A DNA stretch of 64,000 nt, taken from IMG/VR virus record IMGVR_UViG_3300035562_000082, positions 32,001 to 96,000 of that record; one strand, given 5' to 3'. Position 1 is the stretch's first letter. The number at the start of each line of letters is the position of its first letter. Made by a program: the position numbers and the translations under genes. The notes beneath the pieces were generated by a model. That model was not told the origin of the DNA and did no database searches. It worked only from the letters and a program-made list of their open reading frames with translations. Below are positions 37,790-47,184 of the stretch, one piece after another. Source of the stretch: a virus (Duplodnaviria; Caudoviricetes).

Positions 37790-39862
37790 ATGGCAATCAA
37801 GATCGAGGTCAAAGAACAGGTCAAGCTGCCGGAAAAAACTCAGAAGGCCGAGCCCAAGACGACGTTTATGCCCATGGTAATCGGGGGTGACACGTATTTG
37901 GTGCTCAGTCAGTCAAAGGTCGAGCTTGAGGACGAGTTCGCCAGCCTGTATTACACAACGCAAAATCAGTCAAACATTTTCTTGATGCCGCCGTTTGATC
38001 CCCAGGTGTTGTTGAACTTCGTGCAGACGAACAACGTGCTCAATCAGTGCATCGAGGCCATGGAGGTCAACGTCGATGCCACGGGACATGAGTTTGTGCC
38101 GTCGGAGGAAGCAGCGGCGAAGATCGAAAAAAAGCAGGAGGAGTGGAAAGCCCAGCAGATCAAGAAGCAGACCGATCGAGCTACGAAGGTCGCGGATTAC
38201 CATTCAAAGCTGGATCAAGCGAATCATCAGTTTCAGACGGGTGCGACCATGGGCGACGACGCTACGCCTGTGCCCGTGGATTGGCCACCGCCGTTGGCGT
38301 ACGAACCGAAATTACCGGACCCAGAGTTTGGAACCGGCATTGACCCCGAGGAGTTGATCAAGGCCAAGGCGTTCTTCAACGAGCCGTATCCCAATCTGTC
38401 GTTCAGTAAGATCCGGCGGAAGTTGCGGCGAGAGCTTGAGAGCGTGGGCTACGCGTACTTGGAGATCCTACGAAACCTGGAGGGGGAGATCGTGGGTCTA
38501 CGGAACATCGAGACCCATCAAACACGGATGGTCAAGCTCGATGCACCGATCATGGTGGAGAAGACCATCAGTCGAAACGGCAAGGACGTGAAGCTCCAGA
38601 TGTGGGAACGTCAACGTCGATTTGCCCAACGGGTGGCGCTCAAGCAGCTTGTGTACTACCGGGAGTTTGGGACTGCCCGGCACGTCGATCGAAACAACGG
38701 TAAGTGGGACATTCCGGCTACTGGGAGTGATTCCGGTTATCAAGTGGCGATCGAGAACCGGGGAACGGAGTTGATTGTCTTCGGCATTCATCCGGATGTT
38801 ACGACCCCGTACTTTCTTCCACGGTGGATCAACGAGTTGCCGAGCGTCATTGGCAATCGTAAGGCCGAGGAATTGAATCTTGAGTTCCTGGACAGCGGGG
38901 GCATGCCGCCGGCAATCATCTTCGTGCAGGGCGGAACACTGGCAAAGGACGCGAGCGATCAACTGAAGATGTACCTGTCGGGCAAGAACAAGAACAAGCA
39001 TCGAGCGGTGGTGGTTGAGGCGCAGTCCAGTAGCGGGTCGTTGGAGAGCGCCGGCACCGTGCAGGTGAAGGTCGAGCGCTTTGGCGCCGAGCGTGCGATG
39101 GACGCGATGTTCACGAAGTACGACGCGCAGACCGAAGAGCACATTCGTGTGGGCTTCAGGATCCCGCCGTTGTTCTTGGGCAAGGCCGCTGACTACAATT
39201 TTGCAACGGCTCAAACGGCGTACATGGTGGCCGAAGAACAGGTGTTTCAGCCTGAGCGCAATGCGTTTGACGAACAGATCAACAGCATGATCATCCGCAC
39301 CATGGGGTTCAAGACCCTGAGGTTCAAGAGCAATCCCGTGACGTTGGCCAGTGCCGCTGATCAGATCAACGCCATGACCCAGGCCAAGGGCACGGTCACC
39401 AACGAGTCGTTCGTGGAGGCCATTGAGGAGATCACGGGGTTTGAGCTTGAGCCCCAGCAGCAACAACAGCCACCGGGAGACCCGCAGGATCAACCGCCGC
39501 CCAAGCCCGGGATGATGCCCAAGGGACCGAGCGTACAGGGTGGGGCAGTGGGGACCGCCGGGAACATCAGCGGGGCGTCTGATAGTGCAGGGGCTTTGCA
39601 GTCGAACACCGGGACCGCTAAGTACGCGCGGGAAGGTCGATCGGCCACGGAGTTGATTGACCTCGCACAGGACTATATGGCGATGAAGGGCCTGACGAAG
39701 AAGCGTGACCTGGGGGCCGTCAGACAGGCGCAGGTGACGGTCGAGGTTTCGCGGTTGACCAAGGCCGAGCGCCGGGCGTTTGATTCGCTGGTGGCCATCA
39801 GCACCTACGGACAGGATGATCCGGATCTGGTTCGAGTGGTGGCCCATGCACACAGACGCTGA
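37790..39862 (+). CDS. Portal protein
   Basis: GYAYLEILRN, FLDSGGMPPAIIFVQGG, FRIPPLFLG..DYNFATA, VFQPER; lies ahead of MuF, protease and capsid. Confidence 0.88.
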   Translation: MAIKIEVKEQVKLPEKTQKAEPKTTFMPMVIGGDTYLVLSQSKVELEDEFASLYYTTQNQSNIFLMPPFDPQVLLNFVQTNNVLNQCIEAMEVNVDATGHEFVPSEEAAAKIEKKQEEWKAQQIKKQTDRATKVADYHSKLDQANHQFQTGATMGDDATPVPVDWPPPLAYEPKLPDPEFGTGIDPEELIKAKAFFNEPYPNLSFSKIRRKLRRELESVGYAYLEILRNLEGEIVGLRNIETHQTRMVKLDAPIMVEKTISRNGKDVKLQMWERQRRFAQRVALKQLVYYREFGTARHVDRNNGKWDIPATGSDSGYQVAIENRGTELIVFGIHPDVTTPYFLPRWINELPSVIGNRKAEELNLEFLDSGGMPPAIIFVQGGTLAKDASDQLKMYLSGKNKNKHRAVVVEAQSSSGSLESAGTVQVKVERFGAERAMDAMFTKYDAQTEEHIRVGFRIPPLFLGKAADYNFATAQTAYMVAEEQVFQPERNAFDEQINSMIIRTMGFKTLRFKSNPVTLASAADQINAMTQAKGTVTNESFVEAIEEITGFELEPQQQQQPPGDPQDQPPPKPGMMPKGPSVQGGAVGTAGNISGASDSAGALQSNTGTAKYAREGRSATELIDLAQDYMAMKGLTKKRDLGAVRQAQVTVEVSRLTKAERRAFDSLVAISTYGQDDPDLVRVVAHAHRR

Positions 39863-40022
39863 GATCCCGTGTAAGCACTGTGCGCAAGAGTTCTACGCGG
39901 TTCTTCGGATGTTGGAACGACGGGCTACGTGGCTGGATAAGCTACGGGCTCGTCGGATACCCGGGTATTGGTTGAACTGTGTACGACGTGATCTGCTTGT
40001 GCACGAAACTACGAAGCGTTAG

Positions 40023-43000
40023 GTGGATCCCCGAGTACTGCTAAAGCTTGAAGCCGCGTTGGTTCGGCGGTTACGCGCAAGCTGGAAGCGCGAGAGCACT
40101 CCTGTTTACCTGAAGATCCAACAGGCGATCACCGATTGTGATTGGCCCACGGCCGTCCAGCAGGTGTACAAACTGGACATGACGCACGTGGGGGATGAGA
40201 ACCGCGAGTGGATCCGGCATATGCTGCTGTCATTCGCGGTTTTTGGTGCGAAGATGGCGAACAAGCGCGGACCGTTGTTCTTGAACGCCGGTACGTATGA
40301 TCAACGACTCGATCATATTACGGACATCATTTGTCAGTACTTTGAACATCGAGCAACGGCCTTGGTACAAGCCCGGGCATTGCAATCAATTGCCGAGGCC
40401 GAACGCGAGGCCAAGACCCAGGTGGCGTACAAGTTCGAGGAGGACGAAGCCCGGGATGTCCATGGACGCTGGACAGCCGGGGGTCCGTCGTTGTGGCACA
40501 GTGGGCAGTTTGAAGCCCAGATATCTAAGGTCGGTAAGACCTACGACAACAAGGCCGATATGGCGTTGTTGAGTAAACGTGGAGCGACGCTTGAGAAGAG
40601 GTCGTCTAAAATTCAACAGGATTTTGCTTATCAAGACGATAACCCAGAGGGGTTTGATCAAGAACTAGAGAAACTGAATGACCAGTGGACGGCGGTAGTG
40701 CTTGCTCAAGAAGGGCTCAAGCGTTTCCACGATAAACCAACGGAAACGATGTTCATTGCCCGGGACGGGGACCGACTGTCTGGGTTGGCCTATGGGTTTG
40801 TGCGGGGCGATCAAATGGAACTTGATCGTCTGGCGTCGTTTCAACGGGGGGCTGGGAGTAAGCTGTTGGTGGAGTTCGAACAGAATGCGCGCGATCGTGG
40901 ACTACAGTCGGTCGTATTGCACTCAACGCATTATGCTGAGGGGTTTTACACCGCACACGGTTACACGTCCAAGGGCAAGAACAATGAATATGGGATTGTG
41001 GAGTTCGAGAAAGATCTGACGAAGACCAAGACCGTGAAGAAGATTGATCCAGAAGAAATTGCGTGCTTGGCAGTGCCGGCAGACTGGAAGCCCAGGGCTA
41101 TCAAGGGCGATCTGCCAGGGCATGAGTTCCATGGTAATCAATGGACTCAAGCAGCCGGGCAGTTCAAGTACGATCCAGCGGCCAAAGCTTGGACAGGGGG
41201 AACGGATGTTCAGCATCAGAGATTACGAGATCTACGAGTCCCCCCTGCATGGGCCAACGTCCGCCTTAACCCAGACGCTGACGCTGCTCTTCAAGCACTC
41301 GGAGTTGATGTTAAAGGCCGTACGCAGTACCTGTATAGTGCGGCCCACAGTGAACAAGCGGCGGCCGAAAAGTTTCAGCGGCTGAAGGACTTCAATGCCG
41401 TAGCACCGAAGGCCATCAAGCAGGCGTTGGCCGATATGCAGAACAAACAACTGGCGTCGGAGAAGCGAGATGCGGCGGCCGTGGTGTACCTGATTGGCAA
41501 GACCGGACTGCGTGTGGGATCGGACGCGGAGACCGGGGGTGCGGTCAAGGCCCATGGGGCAACGACGTTGTTGGGCCAGCACGTGACGTTGCTGGGCGAT
41601 AAACTGTCGTTGGATTTCGTGGGTAAGAAGGGCGTGCAGATTCACAAGGAGTTGACGGACCCAAAGCTCGCACAGTATTTGAAGGGCAAGGTCAAGTCCA
41701 TGGGCGATCGGTTGTTCAACACCACCGACAGTGCTGTACGAACGTATCTCAAGGACATCACGGGCGATCAGTTCAAGGTCAAGGACTTCCGGACATGGCA
41801 CGGCACGTCCACGGCACTCCAGGAGTTGAAGGACCGACCGGTGCCGAAGACCGCCACGGAGTTCAAACGTGTTGTGTCGGAGGTTGCCAAGGTCGTGGCC
41901 AAGCACTTGGGTAACACTCCCGCTGTGGCGAAGAGCGCGTACATCGATCCGGCGGTTTGGGGTGGTTGGGGCGGGAAGTTCGCGGTGACCAAGCAGGAGG
42001 TTGATCAACCGTTGATAGACGAGTTCCTGGACACCCATCAGTACGATCAAACTGGAAACTGGCGGCTTTTGCCTGATGTTGAGGAAGAGGATCTGGAAAG
42101 CGCAATTAAAGACGACATGGGCAGTGCTGATCTTCAAACGGCGGGCGCACTCAATCCCATGCAGGCCCAAGCTCCGGTACAGAGCCGACGATCGTTGAGA
42201 AGACGCAGGCGACGCAAGGGCGAGACCAGGACGCTGTACGTCCATCGACCGGTGATCAACGGTCAGACGATTGTTGATTGGGCGAAGACCCAGGGATTTG
42301 AAACGTGTTTACCACTGGAGAAAATGCATGTCACAATCGCCTACAGCAAGCAGCCGGTGGACTGGAACGCCATGGGTGATGCTGACACCCGTAATCTGCA
42401 CGTGGATGATCAGGACGACCGCGAGGTCAAACCCTTGGGTAGCGATGGAGCGGTGGTGCTCAAGTTCGTGTCCAAGAAACTCCACGATCGGTGGAAACAC
42501 CTGTGTGGCGCGGGAGCATCTTGGGATTACGAGGGTTACCAGCCACACGTTACCATCACTTGGGAAGCCCCGAAAGGACTTGAGTTATCAACGGTTGAGC
42601 CGTACACAGGACCGATTGACCTCGGCCCAGAACAGTTTGAAGAACTTGATGAAGATTGGGGGGACAAGGTAGTTGAGAAGGCCGATGAGACCGGTCGGTA
42701 TGTGACGCCGTTTACGTCGTTCGCCGATGAAGGTGAAGGACTGGTGCAGATGGTCAGCAGTTTGAACAGCAGTCGCATGGCCACCTGGGGGTTCACGGCC
42801 GAGGCCGATCAACTGGGGGTTGGACGTTATCGGTTGACGGCCGTCCTCGATGGGCGTACTAGTGAGTTCTGTCGGATAATCGACGGCCGGGTGTTTGACG
42901 TTGACGACGCACGACGCAAGGTCAATGAGGTACTGGCGGTTCAGGACCCGTCGGATCTTGAGCAGGTGCAGCCATGGCCTGATCAATCGAAGGCCGCGAT

Positions 43001-44549
43001 TGCTGAGTACGAAGGTATGTCCGACGATGATCTTGTAGCCCTGGGATTGAACATTCCGCCATTTCACCCAAACGCAGTTTTTGCTGGGACTACGTTTGTT
43101 AGTTATGGGGCGTTAGATGAAATGATCGGGGCTGACTATCATGGTCCCGCGATTTTGATTAAAACCTCTGAGGGTGCAGAGTTTACCATCGGCCCTAATC
43201 ACCCGATACTTACACAGTGTGGAATGCGGTTGGCTAATTGCTTGTGTGAAGGCGATTACTTGGTCTACGACACTAGGGTGGAAATGTTTGATTTTATTTC
43301 CAGTGGCCGATCCAATTCTAATTTCAAGAACGTTCCATTCGTTGAGGATGCTTTTGAGTCGTTGTTGCCGATGGGCAAATTGACGCGGGTTGCCGCTACC
43401 ACTGACGATTTCCATGGCGACGGGGTATTCTGTGAGGGTGAAATCCAGATTGTAATTCCTGCAAACCGTTTGTTGTTTAAATTTGATTCCTTGGGCGTTG
43501 AGCATTTCCGAGAGTATGGTTTCATTAAACCCAATGCCTCTTTGGCTAATGTATCTACTGATGGCTCTGGCTACCCTGACATCGAGCCCATCTATTTGTC
43601 CGCGCCGGGCAGCGTGGGCAGCAGATTGGCGGGTGTGTTTAGACTCCATCGAGTAGTGAGTGTAACGCGAACACAATATAAAGGTAAAGCATTTGATGCT
43701 ACAACTGCCTCTGGTGTTTACAACTGTGACGGATTTGTAGTAAGTAACTGTCGTACGATGTGCGAAATGGTGGACGCCGATGAGGGTGAGCCCGAGGAGT
43801 TGGCGGTGACCGGCCCGTTGGACAAACAGCAGTCAACGGCCGAGGATTTTGCGGCCGTGGGGGTAGAGGTCACGGACGATCAGCTTGCGTATTGGAATGA
43901 CGCTGTGGGGTTAGATCCTCAAAAGGCGTTGGAAACGATGTTCGCGGGTGATGTAGAGGCGTTGACCGCCAAGCTTGATGAAGGACAGGATCCAATTGAT
44001 GTAGACGAGGGTGGGAGTATCAGCTTTGTGGCCGCAGGCGATCTCGGAGACGGTACGTACGATCTTCAGAGTGTGTTCGATCCGTTTACCGGCACGTTGT
44101 ATTTGACCGACGCGGATTTCACGACCACCGATCCTCAGGTGGTGGCGGAGTTCATCAGCCGGGTGTTCGACGGCATGATCGACACCGGGATGTCCGCTGG
44201 GGCAACGGCCTTGGCCATTGACGTGGGGGATTCCGCGTATGAGTACGCGAAGATGGGTTTCAGACCCGATCCTGGTGATTGGGAGGACATACGGGGTAAC
44301 GCCATGGACGCCCTGCAAAGCGGGGATCTCCAAGAGGTGTTCGACAGCCTGGACGATGATCAAAAGAATCAGGTGTTGAATACCTTGAACAACCCGGACG
44401 AACATGCGGTGCAGGATCTGGCGAACTTGCCGATTGAATTTCAAGGGCAGTCCGTGGGAGAATTGATATTGCAATCGGTGTCCGGGCAGTTCACGTTGGA
44501 TCTGACGGACGATGATGCGGTTGAGCAGGCAAAGAGCTATTTTGAGTGA
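40023..44549 (+). CDS. MuF/SPP1 gp7-like head protein fused to GNAT, topoisomerase IB and Acb1-like 2H phosphoesterase; intein-containing
   Basis: GNAT QRGAGSKLL...FYTAHGY (~40740-41010); TopIB VPPAW, GRTQYLY, GLRVG, GKKG, KDFRT, LGNTPAVAKSAYIDP (~41160-41970); 2H motifs HVTI..HVTI (~42230-42645); MuF DGRTSEFC...PPFHPN/CRT. Confidence 0.88.
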   Translation: MDPRVLLKLEAALVRRLRASWKRESTPVYLKIQQAITDCDWPTAVQQVYKLDMTHVGDENREWIRHMLLSFAVFGAKMANKRGPLFLNAGTYDQRLDHITDIICQYFEHRATALVQARALQSIAEAEREAKTQVAYKFEEDEARDVHGRWTAGGPSLWHSGQFEAQISKVGKTYDNKADMALLSKRGATLEKRSSKIQQDFAYQDDNPEGFDQELEKLNDQWTAVVLAQEGLKRFHDKPTETMFIARDGDRLSGLAYGFVRGDQMELDRLASFQRGAGSKLLVEFEQNARDRGLQSVVLHSTHYAEGFYTAHGYTSKGKNNEYGIVEFEKDLTKTKTVKKIDPEEIACLAVPADWKPRAIKGDLPGHEFHGNQWTQAAGQFKYDPAAKAWTGGTDVQHQRLRDLRVPPAWANVRLNPDADAALQALGVDVKGRTQYLYSAAHSEQAAAEKFQRLKDFNAVAPKAIKQALADMQNKQLASEKRDAAAVVYLIGKTGLRVGSDAETGGAVKAHGATTLLGQHVTLLGDKLSLDFVGKKGVQIHKELTDPKLAQYLKGKVKSMGDRLFNTTDSAVRTYLKDITGDQFKVKDFRTWHGTSTALQELKDRPVPKTATEFKRVVSEVAKVVAKHLGNTPAVAKSAYIDPAVWGGWGGKFAVTKQEVDQPLIDEFLDTHQYDQTGNWRLLPDVEEEDLESAIKDDMGSADLQTAGALNPMQAQAPVQSRRSLRRRRRRKGETRTLYVHRPVINGQTIVDWAKTQGFETCLPLEKMHVTIAYSKQPVDWNAMGDADTRNLHVDDQDDREVKPLGSDGAVVLKFVSKKLHDRWKHLCGAGASWDYEGYQPHVTITWEAPKGLELSTVEPYTGPIDLGPEQFEELDEDWGDKVVEKADETGRYVTPFTSFADEGEGLVQMVSSLNSSRMATWGFTAEADQLGVGRYRLTAVLDGRTSEFCRIIDGRVFDVDDARRKVNEVLAVQDPSDLEQVQPWPDQSKAAIAEYEGMSDDDLVALGLNIPPFHPNAVFAGTTFVSYGALDEMIGADYHGPAILIKTSEGAEFTIGPNHPILTQCGMRLANCLCEGDYLVYDTRVEMFDFISSGRSNSNFKNVPFVEDAFESLLPMGKLTRVAATTDDFHGDGVFCEGEIQIVIPANRLLFKFDSLGVEHFREYGFIKPNASLANVSTDGSGYPDIEPIYLSAPGSVGSRLAGVFRLHRVVSVTRTQYKGKAFDATTASGVYNCDGFVVSNCRTMCEMVDADEGEPEELAVTGPLDKQQSTAEDFAAVGVEVTDDQLAYWNDAVGLDPQKALETMFAGDVEALTAKLDEGQDPIDVDEGGSISFVAAGDLGDGTYDLQSVFDPFTGTLYLTDADFTTTDPQVVAEFISRVFDGMIDTGMSAGATALAIDVGDSAYEYAKMGFRPDPGDWEDIRGNAMDALQSGDLQEVFDSLDDDQKNQVLNTLNNPDEHAVQDLANLPIEFQGQSVGELILQSVSGQFTLDLTDDDAVEQAKSYFE
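43074..43748 (+). mobile_element. Intein (225 aa) inserted in the MuF HPN|CR motif; begins with Ala
   Basis: HPN-AVFAGT..., block B IGPNHPILT, block F AFDATT, block G VVSN-C; lower GC. Confidence 0.85.
43113..43649 (-). CDS. DUF559/Vsr-like PD-(D/E)xK endonuclease encoded antisense inside the intein
   Basis: NETILSEMLNAQGIKFKQQ...YNLDF...VAMEIVSG...RLKSILNEWNVLEI. Confidence 0.7.
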   Translation of the reverse strand: MESKHTRQSAAHAARRGQIDGLDVRVARAISRYISQRGIGFNETILSEMLNAQGIKFKQQTVCRNYNLDFTLTEYPVAMEIVSGSGNPRQFAHRQQRLKSILNEWNVLEIRIGSATGNKIKHFHPSVVDQVIAFTQAISQPHSTLCKYRVIRADGKLCTLRGFNQNRGTMIVSPDHFI

Positions 44550-44552
44550 TGG

Positions 44553-44855
44553 ATGGATCAGTTGAGGCCCGTGGACATTGACGTTGGAAAGCGCCGTACG
44601 TGGTCGATCGAGGGCGTGACGGTTCCACTGACGTTGGTGGGCGGGTTGTTGCTGCAAACGGCGTTTTTTGCTTTCTGGCTTAGTGGATTGTCCTCGGATG
44701 TCAAGACCTTGACCAAGAACCAAGATAAGGCGGATGTGCTGGTGTATAAACAATCGGATGCCACAAAGGACCTTGCGGTCAGGGATCAACGCCTTACAGA
44801 CCTGGAGCGTCGGGTTCGGGACCTGGAGCAGATTGCGGATGGGAGAAAGCACTGA
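44553..44855 (+). CDS. Single-TM protein with coiled coil (possible holin or lysis-module protein)
   Basis: One TM helix; directly upstream of spanins. Confidence 0.45.
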   Translation: MDQLRPVDIDVGKRRTWSIEGVTVPLTLVGGLLLQTAFFAFWLSGLSSDVKTLTKNQDKADVLVYKQSDATKDLAVRDQRLTDLERRVRDLEQIADGRKH

Positions 44856-45427
44856 TGGAACAACAGGAGTTGAAGCGCAGCCGGTGGCTGGAGATGCTGG
44901 GTCCTGTGGTGTTGGCCTTGGGCGTTGGGGCCTTTGGTAGCTTTTTTGTGGCGAATAGCATCAACGAAAGTAAGCTATCGTCTTCGGACAGAACATGGAA
45001 AGACAAACTTGAGGTGGAGCGCGGGGCTTATCAATCCAAGATCGATAAACTAGAGGCCACGATCAAGGCCCAGGAGGAACGGCATGAGCAGGATAAGACG
45101 GAGCAGCATCGGCATTTGGATGCTTTTAATACTAAGTTTGTTCGGATGCGCGACGGCTTCGAAAAAGAACTTGCCGCCAGCCGAGCCGGAGGAACAGCCT
45201 GTACCAGCCGACTTGATGGAATCGCCGAAAACGTTAGAACCCTCTTCGGACTTGTTGAAGAAGGAGATGGATTACGAGCAGAAGCAGAGGGACTACGAAA
45301 AACGGCGATTGCAAGAGTTGGAGATCTTGAGAAAGAAAATCGAGTCCTTGCCGACAAAATCGCCAGATTCCAACAGTGGGAGCGCGAGCGAACCACCAAA
45401 ATAGTGGTGACCGGGAAGAAGAAATGA
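44855..45427 (+). CDS. i-spanin (Rz-like)
   Basis: N-terminal TM plus long coiled coil; embedded lipoprotein ORF. Confidence 0.7.
   Translation: MEQQELKRSRWLEMLGPVVLALGVGAFGSFFVANSINESKLSSSDRTWKDKLEVERGAYQSKIDKLEATIKAQEERHEQDKTEQHRHLDAFNTKFVRMRDGFEKELAASRAGGTACTSRLDGIAENVRTLFGLVEEGDGLRAEAEGLRKTAIARVGDLEKENRVLADKIARFQQWERERTTKIVVTGKKK
45084..45404 (+). CDS. o-spanin (Rz1-like lipoprotein) fully embedded in the +1 frame
   Basis: Signal peptide with lipobox LFG|C followed by a Pro-rich segment. Confidence 0.7.
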   Translation: MSRIRRSSIGIWMLLILSLFGCATASKKNLPPAEPEEQPVPADLMESPKTLEPSSDLLKKEMDYEQKQRDYEKRRLQELEILRKKIESLPTKSPDSNSGSASEPPK

Positions 45428-45732
45428 TGGGTCGTAGGGTTCAACCGAATGCCGATGGGTGGTTGCCGAATTTGGAGCCCGGTGATTACGGACGCATTGC
45501 AGAGGCCCATCGTGCGGCGTACGTTGGTCGTTCTGATTGGCACGGTTGTACTCCCAATGGGCACTTGTGCAATCTTGGAGGCCACGAGGTCGTGGAACAT
45601 GAGGACGGAACGATCACCGCCAGTCCGTCGATCCTGGTCAGCAGCAGTCGATGGGACGAACAACAGCAGACCATGGTGAGGTTCCAGGCGTGGCATGGGT
45701 ATCTTGAGAAGGGAATTTGGAGGGAAGTATGA
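45424..45732 (+). CDS. DUF6527-like protein
   Basis: TITASPSIL...WHGYLEKG. Confidence 0.55.
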   Translation: MMGRRVQPNADGWLPNLEPGDYGRIAEAHRAAYVGRSDWHGCTPNGHLCNLGGHEVVEHEDGTITASPSILVSSSRWDEQQQTMVRFQAWHGYLEKGIWREV

Positions 45733-46010
45733 GTGTTTATGTGGACGATATGAAAGCCAAGTTTGGGCGGATGATCATGTGCCACATGATCGCCGATGAC
45801 GATCAAGAACTGCGGGCTATGGCCGATAAGATAGGGGTGGCCCAGCGCTGGCACCAGGGCGATCACTTTGACATCTGCTTGGCCAAGCGTGCGTTGGCCG
45901 TGCAGTTTGGGGCAAAGGAGATCACATGGCGCGAGGCCGGGAAAATCATCATGGCCAGGAGGCGCGCAAATGCAGTTGCTGGAGTTGGAACCCCAGTTTC
46001 TACGGTATGA
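45729..46010 (+). CDS. DUF4031 protein
   Basis: VYVDD...CHMIAD..EL..MA..IG...W.Q..HFDI...R..A...GA. Confidence 0.85.
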   Translation: MSVYVDDMKAKFGRMIMCHMIADDDQELRAMADKIGVAQRWHQGDHFDICLAKRALAVQFGAKEITWREAGKIIMARRRANAVAGVGTPVSTV

Positions 46011-46311
46011 CAAACGTGAAAACGGTGTGCACTTGGTGCACGTCGAGTCATTGACCGAGGCCGATGGTATCTTTTTTGTCTGTCCGAAGTGCTTTGCGGC
46101 CAATGGCGGCAGTCGAATTGGTGTACACGGAGTGATCTGTTGGTTTGAAGACCGGGTACCGGATGACGCACGGCCTGGGCCGGGAAGATGGAAGCCCCAG
46201 GGAACGGGTTATGTTGATTTGTCGTTTGTTCCGGGCAAGCACAGCAACAGCGTGCGGTTGACCGCTGGTTGTGCATGGCACGGGTTTGTACAGAACGGAC
46301 AAGCCACATGA
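45970..46311 (+). CDS. DUF6527-like protein
   Basis: FVCPKC...W...G.....LS..P...GCAWHGFV..G. Confidence 0.55.
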   Translation: MQLLELEPQFLRYDKRENGVHLVHVESLTEADGIFFVCPKCFAANGGSRIGVHGVICWFEDRVPDDARPGPGRWKPQGTGYVDLSFVPGKHSNSVRLTAGCAWHGFVQNGQAT

Positions 46312-46469
46312 AGATCAGGCCGATCACGATCTTGAACAGCCGTAAAAAGACCAAGCAGGTCCTTCAATACCTGTTGAAAAAGCGGCCGGTTAAGCACTGA
46401 GGTTGTTCGGCAGTTGAGCAGGCCGTAAACTCCCGGCAATTGATTGCCAGACTATTAGGGGGGAATTAT

Positions 46470-47155
46470 ATGGCCCTTACCGTTAGCGTGAAGGAAACCA
46501 CGACTGTAGTTGGTACAGGGTCTCTTACGTTGTTGGGTGCGGTTTTGAATTCCAGGGCATTTGCTAAGGTTTTGGCAAGTGGAGCCCGTGTGTTGTACCG
46601 TATTGATGATGGGGTTGGGGCCTGGGAACGAGGAGTTGGGACGTTTTTGGCCCCGATGACGCTTACCCGAGAGCAGGTTATAAGCTCAAGCAATAACAAT
46701 CAACAAGTTAGCTTTAGAGCTGGGGTTAAGACCGTCTCAGCGGCGGTTGATGTAACGGCTCTTGATCAAAAGCAGAGGTAACTTCGTATTTGACCAAAGC
46801 CAAAGCTGGAAATGTTCCGTTTGTACTGGTAATTGGAACGTGGTGGGGAGTTTATCAGTCTGGCCATCAAGCAGCAGCGGCACAAGCAGAATCCGATATG
46901 CTCACAGCGGTGGCGAATTTTGGTGATCCAACGGTCATTGGCTACAGTATTATGACCGATGGAGGTGCAGGGGCTGCTGGGTCAAACACATACTCGTGGA
47001 TTACAGGTAATTCATCAACAGCATCACCAAATGGTAGCGGGAATTCCGATACACATGTTTCTTCCGTTAATTCGCATATGACTTATCGAGGCCAGTTGTA
47101 TTTCGCCCGACGAATAGCACATGCAGTTCATTCAATCTTTAGTCGATTGAATTGA
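46470..47155 (+). pseudogene. Probable remnants: N-terminal module of a virion/tail-fibre-like gene (46470-46781) plus an SGNH-hydrolase-like C-terminal fragment (46790-47155)
   Basis: VKETTT..GTG...WE.G.G...LTR..V.SSS motif ends abruptly; second ORF has no good start and ends SHMTYRGQLYFA (DxxH-like); low GC. Confidence 0.4.
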
Positions 47156-47184
47156 TGGCCGTGCAATCAATTGCCAGGAGCCGA

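Noticed and set aside
1260-42245. Long minus-strand ORFs (1260-2558, 7741-9273, 38498-39853, 41232-42245)
   Set aside because: Antisense shadows of GC-rich plus-strand genes with no recognisable motifs, unlike 43113-43649.
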